A stretch of DNA of 63,975 nucleotides, filler included, from Acidimicrobiia bacterium (GTDB taxonomy: Bacteria; Actinomycetota; Acidimicrobiia; Spongiisociales; CAZKJJ01): NCBI GenBank assembly GCA_046759765.1. It is 3 parts of 3 records of this genome, joined end to end, with 100 filler letters (N's around TTAATTAATTAA, not from the genome) between each part and the next. Parts side by side here need not be neighbours in the genome. Positions count along the whole stretch, not along the records: positions 1 to 22,792 come from JBHICV010000024.1; positions 22,893 to 45,410 come from JBHICV010000025.1; 1 more part is not named here. One strand, given 5' to 3'. Within the stretch, counting starts at the first letter, position 1. Each line of letters opens with the position of its first letter. The notes beneath the pieces were generated by a model. That model had not been told where the DNA came from and made no database searches. It worked only from the letters and a program-made list of their open reading frames with translations. The position numbers and the translations under genes were made by a program. Positions 18,751 to 28,087 of the stretch are shown here, in pieces.

Positions 18751-20496
18751 ATGCCGGGGGCGCCTGAAGGGCGGCCTAGCCGGCGTGCGCTTCGGTGGCG
18801 CATCGGCCTGGTTGGCCTCGCCGTTGTGTCTGCGTGGGCCATCATGGGCGTGCGGCTGTTTCAAGTCCAGATTGTTCGAGCGGACGATCTCGCGGCTCGC
18901 GCCCTCGACCAGCGGCTTACGAGCCGGGCAATCGCGGCCGACCGTGGCACGATCTACGATCGCCGGCGCAACCAGCTGGCGATAACCGCGGAAGGTGCGA
19001 CGATCTTCGCCGATCCGGCGCAGGTGACCGAGCCCGTGCTTGCCGCCGAGTTGCTTTCGGATGTTCTGGGGCTCGACCGCGCCGAGCTCTTCGAGAAACT
19101 GACGAGCGACTCACGCTTTGTGTTCATTGCGAGACAGCTCCCGTTCGATCAAGCCGGCCAGGTCTCCGACCTACAGCTGAATGGCCTGGGGTACTACCGC
19201 GAGCCAAGGCGGGTCTATCCGTTCGGCCAGGTCGGCGCGCAAGTGCTCGGGTTTACCGACATCGACAACCTCGGAATAGAGGGCATAGAGTTTCGATATG
19301 AGGGCCTCCTGAGCGGCACCCCAGGTGAGCTGATCGTCGAGGTGGACCCGGCAGGCCGCATAATTCCACAGGGGCAGAGTGAGATCCGCCCGGCCGTGGC
19401 CGGTAGTGATCTGATTCTCACCCTCGAGGTGAGTATCCAGTACATCTCCGAGCAGGCCTGTGATCGGGCGCTCCGTCAGACCAAGGCCGACTCCTGTGTC
19501 ATCGTGGTGCAAGAAGTCGAGACCGGGGCGATTTTGTCTATGGCCAACCGGCCGGGATTCGACCCGGCCGAACGGTCGGCGGCAGATCCCCAGCTATTCG
19601 CCAACCGAGCGGTTCGCTCCACTTACGAGCCCGGTTCGACGCAGAAACTCGTCACGATCGCGGCAGCGTTAGAGGAAGGTGTTGTCTCGTGGAACACAAC
19701 GCTCGAGGTTCCAGACGAAGTCGAGGTGGTCGAAGGCGCATGCTCGGATCGGACGGGCCAGATTCAGGGTTGCTACGAGGACTTCACGCAGCATCCCACC
19801 AAGCCGATGACAGTGCTCGACATCGTCACGGAGTCCTCCAACGTGGGGACGATCTTGGTCCAGCAGAGGCTCGGTGACGACGATCATCTCCGCTACCTCG
19901 AAGCATTCGGCTTCGGAGCCCGCACGGGGATCGACTTCCCGGGTGAGGCGTCTGGAGCCGGAGCGGAGGGCCTGGATCCGACCTGCTCCTCCTGCACCGC
20001 AGCCGCGGCGATCGGATACAACGTCTCAGTCACTCCGCTACAGATGGCCTCCGTCTATTCCACTGTGGCCAATGACGGTGTGTGGGTACGGCCTCATCTG
20101 GTGGAAGCCGTCGTGGATGCGCATGGAACTCTCCATCGAATCGAGATCCCGGATCGGAAAGTCATCTCGCCGGGCACGTCAGCGATACTGCGGCGTCTCC
20201 TGCAATCCGTCATCGAAGCGGAGACCGGGACCGGCCAGCAGGCGACGGTGCGGGGCTATTCCGTGGGAGGCAAAACAGGGACGACCAACAAGTACGTGCC
20301 CGAGCTCGGTCGATACGGCGACGACGTCGTGGCCAGCTTCGTTGGCATGGCGCCCATCGACGATCCCCAGCTGGTTGTCGTCGTCGTCCTCGACTCTCCG
20401 CAGGTCGGCCGTTTGGGAGGCGAGGTCGCAGCTCCGGTCTTCTCCGAAGTGATGGAGCGGGCCCTCCACCAAATGGGAGTGCCCCCCGATGCGTGA
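18751..20496 (+). CDS. ftsI: Penicillin-binding protein FtsI/PBP3
   Basis: RGTIYDR, YEPGSTQK (SxxK), SSNVG (SxN) and GGKTGT motifs. Confidence 0.95.
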   Translation: MPGAPEGRPSRRALRWRIGLVGLAVVSAWAIMGVRLFQVQIVRADDLAARALDQRLTSRAIAADRGTIYDRRRNQLAITAEGATIFADPAQVTEPVLAAELLSDVLGLDRAELFEKLTSDSRFVFIARQLPFDQAGQVSDLQLNGLGYYREPRRVYPFGQVGAQVLGFTDIDNLGIEGIEFRYEGLLSGTPGELIVEVDPAGRIIPQGQSEIRPAVAGSDLILTLEVSIQYISEQACDRALRQTKADSCVIVVQEVETGAILSMANRPGFDPAERSAADPQLFANRAVRSTYEPGSTQKLVTIAAALEEGVVSWNTTLEVPDEVEVVEGACSDRTGQIQGCYEDFTQHPTKPMTVLDIVTESSNVGTILVQQRLGDDDHLRYLEAFGFGARTGIDFPGEASGAGAEGLDPTCSSCTAAAAIGYNVSVTPLQMASVYSTVANDGVWVRPHLVEAVVDAHGTLHRIEIPDRKVISPGTSAILRRLLQSVIEAETGTGQQATVRGYSVGGKTGTTNKYVPELGRYGDDVVASFVGMAPIDDPQLVVVVVLDSPQVGRLGGEVAAPVFSEVMERALHQMGVPPDA

Positions 20497-21937
20497 GGGC
20501 GCGACCCTGGGCACTGTGGCGGCCAGGACCGAGGGACGCCTCCTTGGAGATCCTCAGACCTGGATCTCACATGTGACGCACGACAGTAGAGCGACCCGGG
20601 CCGGTGGCCTCTTCGTAGCCATTCGAGGACTCGAACGTGACGGCCACGACTTCGTTCCGGACGCCATCGAGCGGGGCGCGGCCGCGATCTGCGTGGAGGA
20701 GCAACAGTCCTCCGACATCCCTCAGGTCGTCGTCGAAGAAGGCCGCGTAGCCCTGGCCAGAGCCGCGGCCGCCGTGTATCGCGACCCGAGCCACGAGATC
20801 AGAGTGGTCGGAATCACGGGTACCAACGGCAAGACGACCGTTACCCATTTGCTCGAGTCCATCGCCAGCCATGCGGGACGGCGCTCGGGCCTCATCGGCA
20901 CACTGGGGGCTCGGATAGCCGACCGCCAGATTGACACGGATCGCACGACTCCCGAGGCAGACGATGCCCAGCGACTCCTGCGCGCGATGGTGTCCGAGGA
21001 CCTGGAGCTCGTGGCGATGGAGGTTTCATCGCATGCTCTTGCTCTTCGTCGCACGGATGAGATCCGATTCGCGCTGGCCTGCTTCACGAACTTCTCTCAG
21101 GATCACCTCGACTTCCACGGCAACACCAACAGCTACTTCCTGGCCAAGGAGAGCCTTTTTCGATCGGCGGGCCTTCGGGCCGCAGTCATATGGACCGGCG
21201 ACGCAGGCGGCCGCCGGCTTGCCGCTCGAGTAACAGTGCCCACGCTGCGTGTCAACCGACATGGTGATGCCGATGTGTGGCCCAGCGACATGGAAATGGG
21301 CTTGGACGGGTCACAGTTCCTCGTCCACCTCCCGGACGGGAAGGTCGAGGTATCGCTTCCCATGGTGGGTGACTTCAACATCGACAACGCGCTCTTGGCC
21401 GCCGCCTGCGCTCATCTTGTCGGATTTACGCCTGACGAGATCGTCGAAGGGATCGGCTCCGTGTCCCCGGTGCCGGGCCGCTTTGCGCTCGTGTCGGGCG
21501 ACCATCCCGTCGCAGTCTTCGTTGACTATGCCCACACGCCAGACGGCATTCAGACAGTGCTGGCGACGGCCCAAGCTCTGACGGAACGCAGGGTGCTGGT
21601 CGTCTTCGGAGCCGGAGGCGACCGCGACCGATCCAAGCGACGCCGCATGGGCGAAGTGGCGGCACTGGGGGATATTGTGATCGTGACCTCCGACAACCCT
21701 CGGTCGGAGGCGCCGGAGGAGATCGCCGCCGAGGTCGCCGCGGGGGTGAGCGATATCGGTGGGGATCCTCATGTCGTTCTGGACAGGCGGCTGGCGATTC
21801 GCGAGGCGATTGCTCTGGCGCAGCCCGGCGACGTCGTGCTGATACTCGGCAAGGGGCACGAGCAAACCCAGGAGATTGGCGGTCGCCTGATTCCCTTCGA
21901 CGACGTCGCCGTGGCGAGGGAGGAACTGGGCTCATGA
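20489..21937 (+). CDS. murE: UDP-MurNAc-dipeptide--meso-DAP ligase
   Basis: GITGTNGKTT, MEVSSH, VDYAHTPD, DNPR (DAP specificity) and GKGHE motifs. Confidence 0.95.
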   Translation: MREGATLGTVAARTEGRLLGDPQTWISHVTHDSRATRAGGLFVAIRGLERDGHDFVPDAIERGAAAICVEEQQSSDIPQVVVEEGRVALARAAAAVYRDPSHEIRVVGITGTNGKTTVTHLLESIASHAGRRSGLIGTLGARIADRQIDTDRTTPEADDAQRLLRAMVSEDLELVAMEVSSHALALRRTDEIRFALACFTNFSQDHLDFHGNTNSYFLAKESLFRSAGLRAAVIWTGDAGGRRLAARVTVPTLRVNRHGDADVWPSDMEMGLDGSQFLVHLPDGKVEVSLPMVGDFNIDNALLAAACAHLVGFTPDEIVEGIGSVSPVPGRFALVSGDHPVAVFVDYAHTPDGIQTVLATAQALTERRVLVVFGAGGDRDRSKRRRMGEVAALGDIVIVTSDNPRSEAPEEIAAEVAAGVSDIGGDPHVVLDRRLAIREAIALAQPGDVVLILGKGHEQTQEIGGRLIPFDDVAVAREELGS

Positions 21938-22792
21938 TCTCAATGCTCGTTGCCGCCGCTGCCGCCTTCTTTCTCGTCGTTGGGCTAACGCCGGTGGCGA
22001 TACGGTTCTTGCGGAAGCACGACATTGGGCAGTTCATCCAGGAGGACGTGTCAGATCATCTCCACAAACACGGCACCCCGACGATGGGAGGCGTAGTGAT
22101 GATCGTGGCGGTGGTCCTCGCTTGGGTCGTTTCCCACATCACGCTCTGGACTCAGGATCAAGGATTCTCGATTCAAGTCCGTTCGTTCTCCCTTGGTGGC
22201 CTGCTCGTCATCTTTGCCCTGGTCGGCATGGGTCTCATCGGCCTCTTCGACGATCTACGCAAGGTGAGGAGAGAGCGAAATCTCGGACTCTCCAAGCGCT
22301 GGAAGTTCGGTGGCCAGCTCGTCGTAGCCGGGCTGTTCGCGTGGGGAGCGGTCAACGCGGGCGTGCCGACCCAGATCGGAATGATCAGGCCAAGCGGAAT
22401 CGAATTAGGCCCCTTGTTCTTCTTCGTATGGGTTCTTCTGCTCCTGACAGCCACCTCGAACGCGGTGAACATCACCGACGGACTGGACGGCCTGGCGTCT
22501 GGATCGAGTGCCCTGGTGTTCGGGGCTTACATGATCATCAGCTTCTGGATATTCCGACACCCCGAGTTCTATCAACTCTCGAACGACATCGGTTCTCTTG
22601 AGCTCGCCGGACTGTCTGCAGCTCTTCTGGGTGCCACATTGGCGTTCTTGTGGTGGAACACCGCTCCTGCGTCCGTGTTCATGGGAGATGTTGGTTCCCA
22701 GGCGCTCGGTGGCGCGATGGCGGCGCTGGCTCTACTCACCAACACCCAGCTTCTCCTGATCGTGCTGGGAGGGTTGTTTGTTCTCGAGACGG
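21934..22792 (+). CDS. mraY: Phospho-MurNAc-pentapeptide transferase (truncated by contig end)
   Basis: KHGTPTMGG, NAVNITDGLDGL and FMGDVGS motifs. Confidence 0.95.
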
Positions 22793-22892
22793 NNNNNNNN
22801 NNNNNNNNNNNNNNNNNNNNNNNNNNNNNNNNNNNNTTAATTAATTAANNNNNNNNNNNNNNNNNNNNNNNNNNNNNNNNNNNNNNNNNNNN
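22793..22892. other. Artificial contig-joining spacer
   Basis: Ns flanking TTAATTAATTAA; the genes on both sides are cut. Confidence 0.97.
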
Positions 22893-24110
22893 CTCGTAGG
22901 TCGCATCCATCAGCTGGAGCGAAGCGGCAACCTTGGTATCCGAGTCGAGCACCGGGGCTACCTTGACGAAACGTTCTCCCTTGTCGGTCAGGACGGTGAA
23001 CCCTACGGGGGTGTCCTTGAGACGGTCGGCGAGTGTTTGGGCCACCGTGCGCCGCGCCTCGGCCACGCGATGGGGCCGGAGGCTGTCGACCAGACGTTGG
23101 AGCTCCGCGATTCTGATCTCAAAGCGAGCGTCTTCGGAGAGTGGCACGTCGAGCGCTTCCCGGGCTGCGGCCTGCACGGCGTCATCCAGCAGATCTCGCT
23201 CCGCCGATGCCCGCAGCTCCAGAGGTACCTCGGTCTCCGCCAACAGCCGGGCGCGGTCGACGACGTCCACGAGGTCGTAATGCCAGAGGGACTCCAGAAC
23301 CGCGCGGTCAGTGACGTTCTCGTCCTCCACCAGGCGGTCGAGAACAGATGCCGCTGTCCCGGTAACCAAGCCGTCGCTGATGCTCTCCGGAGGTGGGATG
23401 TCGAACTCGTTCAGAATCGGAAGCTCGTGTCCTCCGGGTCGGAGGCGGGCAAGCTGCGCGTCGACTGCTTCCCGACGCCGGCGCCGCTCCCGCCTTTGAT
23501 TCCTGCGCCGCTCCGCCAGGACACTGCGCGCCAGGTAGTAGCCACCCAAGGCGAGGCCGCCCACTAGGACCAGCAGCCACAGGCCGGTTCGCGGATTTCG
23601 TTCCGACCGCGGCTCCCCGGAGGCCCCGACGGCGAACGCCCCATCGAGTGAGGAGACAATCGCCAGCACTCCGCCGTCGAAGTCGCCCCCTCTGAAGGAC
23701 GAATCGCCGGCGGAGGCGAGGTCGCCCCAGTCGACGCGAAGGCTGTTCAGGCCCGGTCCGTGCTCGATCCAGGTCACCCGACCGCCGGTGTCGATCAGAA
23801 CGACGACCCCGTCGTTTCGGGACGGGTCACCCACTCCCCAGGTGTTGCCGAGCTCTCTTGCGAACTGCTGGGCGGAGCTGGTGCCGGTAGAGCCGACGAC
23901 GACAACTGCGATCTCGTGGCCATGGCGTTCAACCACGGCGGCCACAGCTTCCTCCAGGCGCGTGTCGGCGACGATGACGCCAACTGTGTCGGTTACGTAG
24001 CCGTCACAGACGATGCCTTGGTAGGGAGGACAGGTTGGCTGCGCCTGTGCCTGGAGAGGCGTCAGCAGAAACAGGGTCAAGACGGTCGTCAACGCCAATC
24101 GCCGTGCCAT
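22893..24110 (-). CDS. TPM-domain membrane protein (3' end missing)
   Basis: Signal peptide; YVTDTVGVI...EIAVVVV...NTWGVGD..RNDGVVVLI TPM pattern; TM helix. Confidence 0.85.
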
Positions 24111-24158
24111 ATAGGTCACGCTAGCGGCCCCCGATGGGGTGCTCGGTAGAGTGCGCCG

Positions 24159-25184
24159 ATGAGTAAGTGGGCGATAACCCCTCCGCTGACACCTGCTGAG
24201 GCCAAGGTTCGTACGACGTTTCCTCAGCCTCCCGGGTGGGCTTACGAGCCGAAGTGGGACGGATTCCGGGCGGTGGCATGGGGCGGGCCTGATCCCAGGC
24301 TCGACAGCCGCAACCATCGGCCCCTTTTGCGTTATTTCCCCGAGCTCGAGGAGCCCCTAGCCGCGCTCCGGGACAGGGCGGTGATCGACGCGGAGATCGT
24401 CGTCGTTCTCGGGGATGTGACCAACTTCGATGCACTCCAGCTTCGGATTCATCCTGCCTCCTCGAGGATCCGCATGCTCGCCACCGAGACACCGGCCGAG
24501 CTGGTGGCGTTCGACCTGCTGGCATTGGGAGACGAGGATCTGCGTACCAGTCCCTTCCGAGACCGGCGCCGCCGGCTGCACGAATTCGTGGGCGAACCCA
24601 AGCCACCGTGGCACCTGACGCCTACCACCGAAGATCTCGACGAGGCGAAGAAGTGGTTCGAGACCTTCGAGCAAGCCGGTTGTGACGGAATTGTGGCCAA
24701 GAATCTCGACCTCTCGTATCGAGAGGGCAAGCGAGACATGGTCAAGATCAAGCACCGGCGGACCGCGGATGCCGTGGTGGGCGGCTACCGACTCCACAAG
24801 GAAGGAGACAGGGTCGGTTCGCTTCTCCTCGGGATGTACGACACCGAAGGAAGCCTTCACTTCATCGGCCACTGTTCCGGATTCTCCGACGAAGACCGAG
24901 TCCGTCTTCTCGAACTGTTCTCGGAGCTGGCGACGGACGCCAGCTTCGGGGAGGACGCTCGCCAGCCGGGTGCCCCGAGTCGCTGGAGCTCGGACCGTGA
25001 CGCAGCCTTCATCGCAGTCGAGCCTCGCATCGTCGTCGAAGTGAGCTATGACCAGATCACAGGGGGCCGCTTCCGGCACGCCACCCGGTTCGAAAGATGG
25101 CGACCGGACAAGGACGCTTCGGCCTGTACGCTCGACCAGATCGAGAGACCTACGGGAGTCGGGTTCTCAGAGGTCGTGGCGTGA
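24159..25184 (+). CDS. ligC: ATP-dependent DNA ligase (LigC type)
   Basis: YEPKWDGFR adenylation motif, LLRYFPEL, MVKIKH, RFRHATRFERWRPDK. Confidence 0.9.
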   Translation: MSKWAITPPLTPAEAKVRTTFPQPPGWAYEPKWDGFRAVAWGGPDPRLDSRNHRPLLRYFPELEEPLAALRDRAVIDAEIVVVLGDVTNFDALQLRIHPASSRIRMLATETPAELVAFDLLALGDEDLRTSPFRDRRRRLHEFVGEPKPPWHLTPTTEDLDEAKKWFETFEQAGCDGIVAKNLDLSYREGKRDMVKIKHRRTADAVVGGYRLHKEGDRVGSLLLGMYDTEGSLHFIGHCSGFSDEDRVRLLELFSELATDASFGEDARQPGAPSRWSSDRDAAFIAVEPRIVVEVSYDQITGGRFRHATRFERWRPDKDASACTLDQIERPTGVGFSEVVA

Positions 25185-25570
25185 GGCACTCGGCTGCGGA
25201 GAACTTGAGTTGGACCCCGGCGCCGGACGACCACTTCACCGGGGACGTGTGGTTCGGCGAGATGGTCGAGGCGGACTCGCCCGAAGGGCTGAACGTGCTA
25301 GGTGTCCTCTTCCACCCTCGGGCTCGCACCGATTGGCACAGTCACCCCGGCGGGCAGACCTTGTATGTGGTCGCCGGAGCGGGATACGTCGTTAACAAGG
25401 CCGGGGAGACGTCCCTCATCGGGCCCGGAGACGTTGTTCACGCACCGCCCGATGAGTTGCATTGGCACGGCGCCACCTCGAGCTCTCACCTCTTCCATTT
25501 GTCACTGACGACCGGAGGTCCCACAGAGTGGTCGTCTCGCGAGGTTACTGACGACCAGTACCCGGCCTGA
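25181..25570 (+). CDS. Cupin domain protein
   Basis: HFTGDVW, ARTDWHSHPGGQTLYV and HWHGA motifs; GTGA overlap with ligC. Confidence 0.88.
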   Translation: MRHSAAENLSWTPAPDDHFTGDVWFGEMVEADSPEGLNVLGVLFHPRARTDWHSHPGGQTLYVVAGAGYVVNKAGETSLIGPGDVVHAPPDELHWHGATSSSHLFHLSLTTGGPTEWSSREVTDDQYPA

Positions 25571-25585
25571 CAGCCGGGATTCCTC

Positions 25586-25612
25586 TTCAGTCACACCGCT
25601 CTCCGCCGATAA
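25586..25612 (+). promoter_or_regulatory. Sigma28/WhiG-type promoter
   Basis: TTCA-N15-GCCGATAA upstream of the DUF4388 gene. Confidence 0.6.
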
Positions 25613-25638
25613 ATCCGGTAGCGGCACCCGGAGATTCC

Positions 25639-26508
25639 TTGGCAACGCTGAGTGGCAGCCTCGAAACACTCAACCTTCCCGACGTTCTTCGCCTGGTCGC
25701 ATCTACCGGCAAGAGCGGCCTTCTCCACGTCGAAGGACCGGATGTCACCGGGCGGCTCTATTTCTACGAGGGCGAGCTGACGTACGCCACGACGCGCTCC
25801 GGTCATGCCTTCGTCGATACGGACGACGGGGAGCGTCGGATCGTCGACGTTGATCGGATTACTGAAGAACAGACGGCTGATCTGCTGAAACAGCAGGTAA
25901 CCGACGTTCTCGTGCGCCTTGCTCCGCTCGATAGCGGAAGCTTCGAGTTCGAGGATGGCACGATGCCCAGCTCAGACTCGGGGTTCCGTTTTGACATCGA
26001 GGCAGTCCTGGAGGCTGCCGAGGAACGGATCAGGGAGTGGGACTGGATCACGGAGGTTCTTCCCTCGACGGAGACCGAGGTTCGTTTCAATCCCCAGCTC
26101 ACAGCAGACGACGTAACTCTGGATGCAAGGAGTTGGGCTGTCATAGCCGCGCTCGGCGTCGAAGGGACGGCCAACGGTGTCGCTCAGCAGCTGAAGATAT
26201 TCGAATTTGCGGCAGCTAAGAAGATCGCCGAGCTCATTCGACGTGGGCTGGTGGCGGTAGCCGAGTCGTGGGACGACCTGCCTCAGAACGGTCTCAAGCT
26301 GGCGAGCGAGGTTGCAGAAGAGGACGCAGCCGAGGACGACTCAGACGCGACAGACAAAGACTCGAAGGAATCTACGGAAGAGCCGGCTCGCGCCGAGGAA
26401 CCCGCGGTAGATGAATCCGAAGAATCCGACGACCGCGAGCCGCCGCCGAGCGAGCTAGCGAGAAGATGGCGGGAGTTGAGCAGCGCCCGTCAGCGCGGAG
26501 ATCGTTGA
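25639..26508 (+). CDS. DUF4388 (PATAN-like) domain protein
   Basis: LSGSLETLNLPDVLRLVASTGKSGLLHV...GRLYFYEGELTYA...GSFEF; acidic C-terminal tail. Confidence 0.85.
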   Translation: MATLSGSLETLNLPDVLRLVASTGKSGLLHVEGPDVTGRLYFYEGELTYATTRSGHAFVDTDDGERRIVDVDRITEEQTADLLKQQVTDVLVRLAPLDSGSFEFEDGTMPSSDSGFRFDIEAVLEAAEERIREWDWITEVLPSTETEVRFNPQLTADDVTLDARSWAVIAALGVEGTANGVAQQLKIFEFAAAKKIAELIRRGLVAVAESWDDLPQNGLKLASEVAEEDAAEDDSDATDKDSKESTEEPARAEEPAVDESEESDDREPPPSELARRWRELSSARQRGDR

Positions 26509-26807
26509 CGGGACGACTCCTCGATGCGGGCACTGAGGCCGTATCGGCCTTGGCGAAGATCCACAATCGCACCGACTGCCTGGGCGAACGCGGTTGCGTC
26601 GTCGGGGATGACGTGGAATGCCTCGTCTTCGACCACCATTCGAAACCGAAACAGCGAGGTTCGCTCGAAGCTGATCTCCCTAAGGGGCCATGAGCCGATG
26701 GGACGGCGCCCGGACCGGATCGAGAGCTTGCCCTCATCGACCTTGAAGTCGACGAGCGCCGTATGACCATCCACGGTCTCGAGACGACCAGATACTCTCA
26801 ATACCAA
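26490..26807 (-). CDS. Hypothetical protein (beta-rich, possibly PH-like)
   Basis: 105-aa ORF with a GGGAG RBS upstream and plausible composition. Confidence 0.65.
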   Translation of the reverse strand: MVLRVSGRLETVDGHTALVDFKVDEGKLSIRSGRRPIGSWPLREISFERTSLFRFRMVVEDEAFHVIPDDATAFAQAVGAIVDLRQGRYGLSARIEESSRQRSPR

Positions 26808-26875
26808 GACTCCCCCCTAGGAAAACACTAGTCCCGGTTTTCGCGCTCCGGAACAGAAAACACTCCAAGGGCTAG

Positions 26876-27085
26876 TCACTCCGCGGCGGTGGCGATGGTT
26901 CCGCTCACGGTCGTCAGGAGCAAGAACCCGAGGGCATAAAGCGCTATCCCGGCCACCAACGCCTTGCCGATCCCGGCTCGCTCCGAGAAACGAGGAGCAA
27001 CGAGGGCCCCGACCACGGCGCCGGCGCCGAACAAGACGAACATCCCGGCAAGCTCACCAGGCGACTCGAGACCGAAGAGACGCTT
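26876..27085 (-). pseudogene. Remnant of an MFS-type transporter
   Basis: GAGAVVGALVAPRFSERAGIGKALVAGIALYALGFLLL resembles internal MFS helices; no intact N- or C-terminus. Confidence 0.5.
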
Positions 27086-27232
27086 GGCCCACCCACAGCA
27101 CGCGAAATTGGCGGCCGAGTCCCCGGACTCGCCGATGCCGTCCCTGGGTTTGCATCGGATTCGAAGCCTAACGATGCGCCGCGGCCGCGACGGGTCCGAC
27201 TGGGGGGCCGCGTAGTAGCCTCCTGTGCGCGC

Positions 27233-27556
27233 ATGGCAGACGTACGCGAAATACCGCAACTCACCGAGGAGCTGATCGAGCTCTCCAAAGACTATCTGCG
27301 CCAGGAGACGGTCGAGCCGGCCAAGCTGCTAGGCCGCGCGGTCGGTTTCTCTCTGCTGGCTGGCGTGCTCTTCGCCTTTGGCGGCGTCCTCATCGCGGTG
27401 GGCGCGGTGCACGTGTTCTCGGATCGGCTCCCGGACACCGAGCTGTGGAGCGCGTTTGTCCTGCTCTTGGTAGCGCTCCTTACCTTGATCGTGGCGACCG
27501 TGGTCATGTTATGGGCGGTCCGGGTGGAGCCCAGCGAAGTGGGTGAGGAAAGCTGA
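27233..27556 (+). CDS. Actinobacterial holin-like (two-TM) membrane protein
   Basis: ELIELSKDYLRQETVEP followed by two TM helices. Confidence 0.75.
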   Translation: MADVREIPQLTEELIELSKDYLRQETVEPAKLLGRAVGFSLLAGVLFAFGGVLIAVGAVHVFSDRLPDTELWSAFVLLLVALLTLIVATVVMLWAVRVEPSEVGEES

Positions 27557-27747
27557 TGGTCGAAAGAGCTGAGATCGAAGCCAAGGTGCGGGAGATCGAG
27601 GGCGCACTCGACCAAACGCGTGAAAGCCTCAAAGAGAGGGCGGTGGTCGTGGCGATAGTGGTCGTCATCGTCATCGCCGCCGCTTTTGTCATTGGTAGGC
27701 GACGAGGCCGGGCCCGAAGCACGATTGTGGAGGTCTACGAACTCTGA
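27556..27747 (+). CDS. Small tail-anchored membrane protein
   Basis: Coiled coil, TM helix and GRRRGR tail; TGATG coupling to the previous gene. Confidence 0.7.
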   Translation: MVERAEIEAKVREIEGALDQTRESLKERAVVVAIVVVIVIAAAFVIGRRRGRARSTIVEVYEL

Positions 27748-27959
27748 ACTCTCCGGGCCCGGATGTGTAGACCCTCCCCCGGAGATAGACGGGTCGTATA
27801 GATACGCGAGCGAGTCCGGCGCTGCCTCATGTAAAGGCGAAAGAGAATGAGTGCCGCCCCGGTGAGCAGGATGCCGGTGTCCCCGGTTCGCAGGCCCCGA
27901 AGTGTCCGGTCGACACCGGTCGAAGTCAGCGACTTGTACTGGTTGCGGATACGATCCAT
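27735..27959 (-). CDS. Small hypothetical membrane protein
   Basis: One TM, basic stretch, then IYTTRLSPGEGLHIR. Confidence 0.6.
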   Translation of the reverse strand: MDRIRNQYKSLTSTGVDRTLRGLRTGDTGILLTGAALILFRLYMRQRRTRSRIYTTRLSPGEGLHIRARRVQSS

Positions 27960-27987
27960 AGGCACCCGAGACTAGGCATCGAGGGCC

Positions 27988-28086
27988 ATGAGGAACCGAC
28001 GTTTCGTGAAAATTGTCGTGTGGGTCACCGTTCTTGCAATGGGGCTGGCGGTGGTCGTGAGCAGCTTGACGTTCCTGACCCGCTGA
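27988..28086 (+). CDS. 32-aa single-TM peptide (Prli42/DUF4044-like)
   Basis: MRNRRFVKIVVWVTVLAMGLAVVVSSLTFLTR; GAGGG upstream; stop 1 nt before the trmI ATG; below the ORF-track cutoff. Confidence 0.65.
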   Translation: MRNRRFVKIVVWVTVLAMGLAVVVSSLTFLTR

Positions 28087-28087
28087 A

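Noticed and set aside
22837..22848. TTAATTAATTAA palindrome (also at 45455-45466) as a biological site
   Set aside because: It is embedded in Ns and identical at both gaps, so it is an all-frame-stop linker.
27233..27556. Holin-like gene as prophage evidence
   Set aside because: No endolysin, structural or integrase genes are nearby.
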